Below are positions 62,901-64,000 of a stretch of DNA of 64,000 nucleotides, one piece after another. Numbering within the stretch: position 1 is the stretch's first letter; every line of letters starts with the position of its first letter. Position numbers and translations under genes: made by a program. A model generated the notes under the pieces. The model ran no database searches. It was not told the origin of the DNA and saw nothing but the letters and a program-made list of their open reading frames with translations. The stretch is from Eledone cirrhosa. Its lineage: Eukaryota. The DNA lies in the NCBI GenBank assembly GCA_964016885.1, contig OZ024759.1, positions 5,766,001 to 5,830,000 on the forward strand, written 5' to 3'.

Positions 62901-64000
62901 AGAATTCATTTAAGTTCATGGTATTAGCTGTCAGAAGTAACTCCAATGTTGGTGAGAATTCATTTAAGTTCATGGTATTAGCTGTCAGAAGTAACTCCAC
63001 TATTGGTGAGAATTCATTTAAGTTCATGGTACTAGCTGTCAGAAGTAACTCCACTGTTGGTGAGAATTCATTTAAGTTCATGGTACTAGCTGTCAGAAGT
63101 AACCCCAATGTTGGTGAGAATTCATTTAAGTTCATGGTATTAGCTGTCAGAAGTCACTCCAATGTTGGTGAGAATTCATTTAAGTTCATGGTATTAGCTG
63201 TCAGAAGTAACTCCACTGTTGGTGAGAATTCATTTAAGTTCATGATATTAGCTGTCAGAAGTAACTCCACAGTTGGTGAGAATTCATTTAAGTTCATGGT
63301 TTTAGCTGTCAGAAGTAACTCCACTGTTGGTGAGAATTCATTTAAGTTCATGGTATTAGCTGTCAGAAGTAACTCCACTGTTGGTGAGAATTCATTTAAG
63401 TTCATGGTACTAGCTGTCAGAAGTAACTCCAATGTTGGTGAGAATTCATTTAAGTTCATGGTATTAGCTGTCAGAAGTAACTCCACTGTTGGTGAGAATT
63501 CATTTAAGTTCATGGTATTAGCTGTCAGAAGTAACTCCACTGTTGGTGAGAATTCATTTAAGTTCATGGTATTAGCTGTCAGAAGTAACTCCACTGTTGG
63601 TGAGAATTCATTTAAGTTCATGGTACTAGCTGTCAGAAGTAACTCCAATGTTGGTGAGAATTCATTTAAGTTCATGGTATTAGCTGTCAGAAGTAACTCC
63701 ACTGTTGGTGAGAATTCATTTAAGTCATGGTATTAGCTGTCAGAAGTAACTCCAATGTTGGTGAGAATTCATTTAAGTTCATGGTATTAGCTGTCAGAAG
63801 GAACTCCACTGTTGGTGAGAATTCATTTAAGTTCATGGTATTAGCTGTCAGAAGTAACTCCACTGTTGGTGAGAATTCATTTAAGTTCATGGTACTAGCT
63901 GTCAGAAGTAACTCCAATGTTGGTGAGAATTCATTTAAGTTCATGGTATTAGCTGTCAGAAGTAACTCCACTGTTGGTGGGAATTCATTTAAGTCATGGT

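Larger units (their letters stand above)
1..64000. repeat. 54-bp satellite DNA tandem array (EcoRI-containing monomer), about 1,190 copies, single orientation, extends beyond both window ends
   Basis: Consensus ATGGTATTAGCTGTCAGAAGTAACTCCACTGTTGGTGAGAATTCATTTAAGTTC repeats continuously, e.g. exact copies starting at 36541, 36595, 36649, 36703, 36757, 36811 and 36865. Common variants (monomer positions): T7C (GTACTAG), C11T (TTAGTTG), T21G (AAGGAAC), A22C (GTCACTC), T25G/C/A, C29A/T/G, a 1-bp deletion AAGTTCATG>AAGTCATG, and a 1-bp gain TTAGCTG>TTAGTTTG. Confidence 0.99.

Noticed and set aside
131-63736. Plus-strand ORFs encoding (MVLAVRSNSTVGENSFKF)n, up to 344 aa, with N-x-S/T sequons
   Set aside because: The monomer is exactly 18 codons, so any stop-free frame yields long ORFs. 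Frameshifting indels occur every few monomers and are freely amplified. Most common variants are non-synonymous, and there are no unique N- or C-terminal domains. Not a repeat-protein gene.
124-63971. Minus-strand ORFs (MNLNEFSPTVELLLTANT)n, apparent bidirectional coding from the shared CATG
   Set aside because: Two open frames out of six is unremarkable for an 18-codon unit. They are broken by the same indels and by TGA-creating variants (GTCAC).
1-64000. CRISPR array or other repeat-spacer / diversity-generating cassette system
   Set aside because: There are no unique spacers: the entire unit repeats and variation is limited to point changes. No cas, recombinase or reverse transcriptase genes are present.
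1-64000. Programmed phase variation or a combinatorial 'code' in the monomer variants
   Set aside because: The ordered variant patterns are adequately explained by mutation followed by nested duplication. There is no gene or machinery here to read them.
1-64000. Absence of CpG in the consensus as a methylation-decay signature
   Set aside because: With 8 C and 12 G in 54 bp, fewer than 2 CpGs are expected, so zero is not informative. CpG-bearing variants (AACGCC, TTACGT, CTCGCT) persist in many copies.
1-64000. Sequencing artefact such as a rolling-circle concatemer or collapsed assembly
   Set aside because: Variants are heritable across kb-spaced paralogs and hierarchically nested, with private differences between copies, which random error would not produce. 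Individual duplicate copies still need read confirmation.
1-64000. tRNA, 5S or other ncRNA tandem gene array
   Set aside because: The 54-bp unit is too short and shows no cloverleaf, Pol III A/B boxes with terminator, or recognisable RNA family sequence.

Overview
The whole 64-kb window is one head-to-tail tandem array (satellite DNA) of a 54-bp monomer, in a single orientation. Consensus: ATGGTATTAGCTGTCAGAAGTAACTCCACTGTTGGTGAGAATTCATTTAAGTTC (20/54 GC, one EcoRI site, no CpG). There are roughly 1,190 copies (64000/~53.8), each differing from consensus by only a few bases. I found no unique sequence, genes, RNA genes, transposon insertions or inversions, and the array runs off both ends. Every ORF in the track is an artefact of the monomer being 18 codons with one stop-free frame per strand, broken by recurrent 1-bp indels. 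The real information is in the variant pattern. Diagnostic substitutions and indels define nested, local higher-order repeats and duplications (offsets 270, 593, 1240/1347, 1345, 1508/1671, 1884, 2151/2419, 2205, 3125, 3337, 3880, 4095, 7383 and 27741 bp). They also define regional variant domains, an older multi-monomer cassette that recurs across the window, and a few clustered private mutations. This looks like eukaryotic, possibly (peri)centromeric or heterochromatic, satellite from a long-read assembly. I cannot identify the family or organism, and I see no evidence for a novel gene system.
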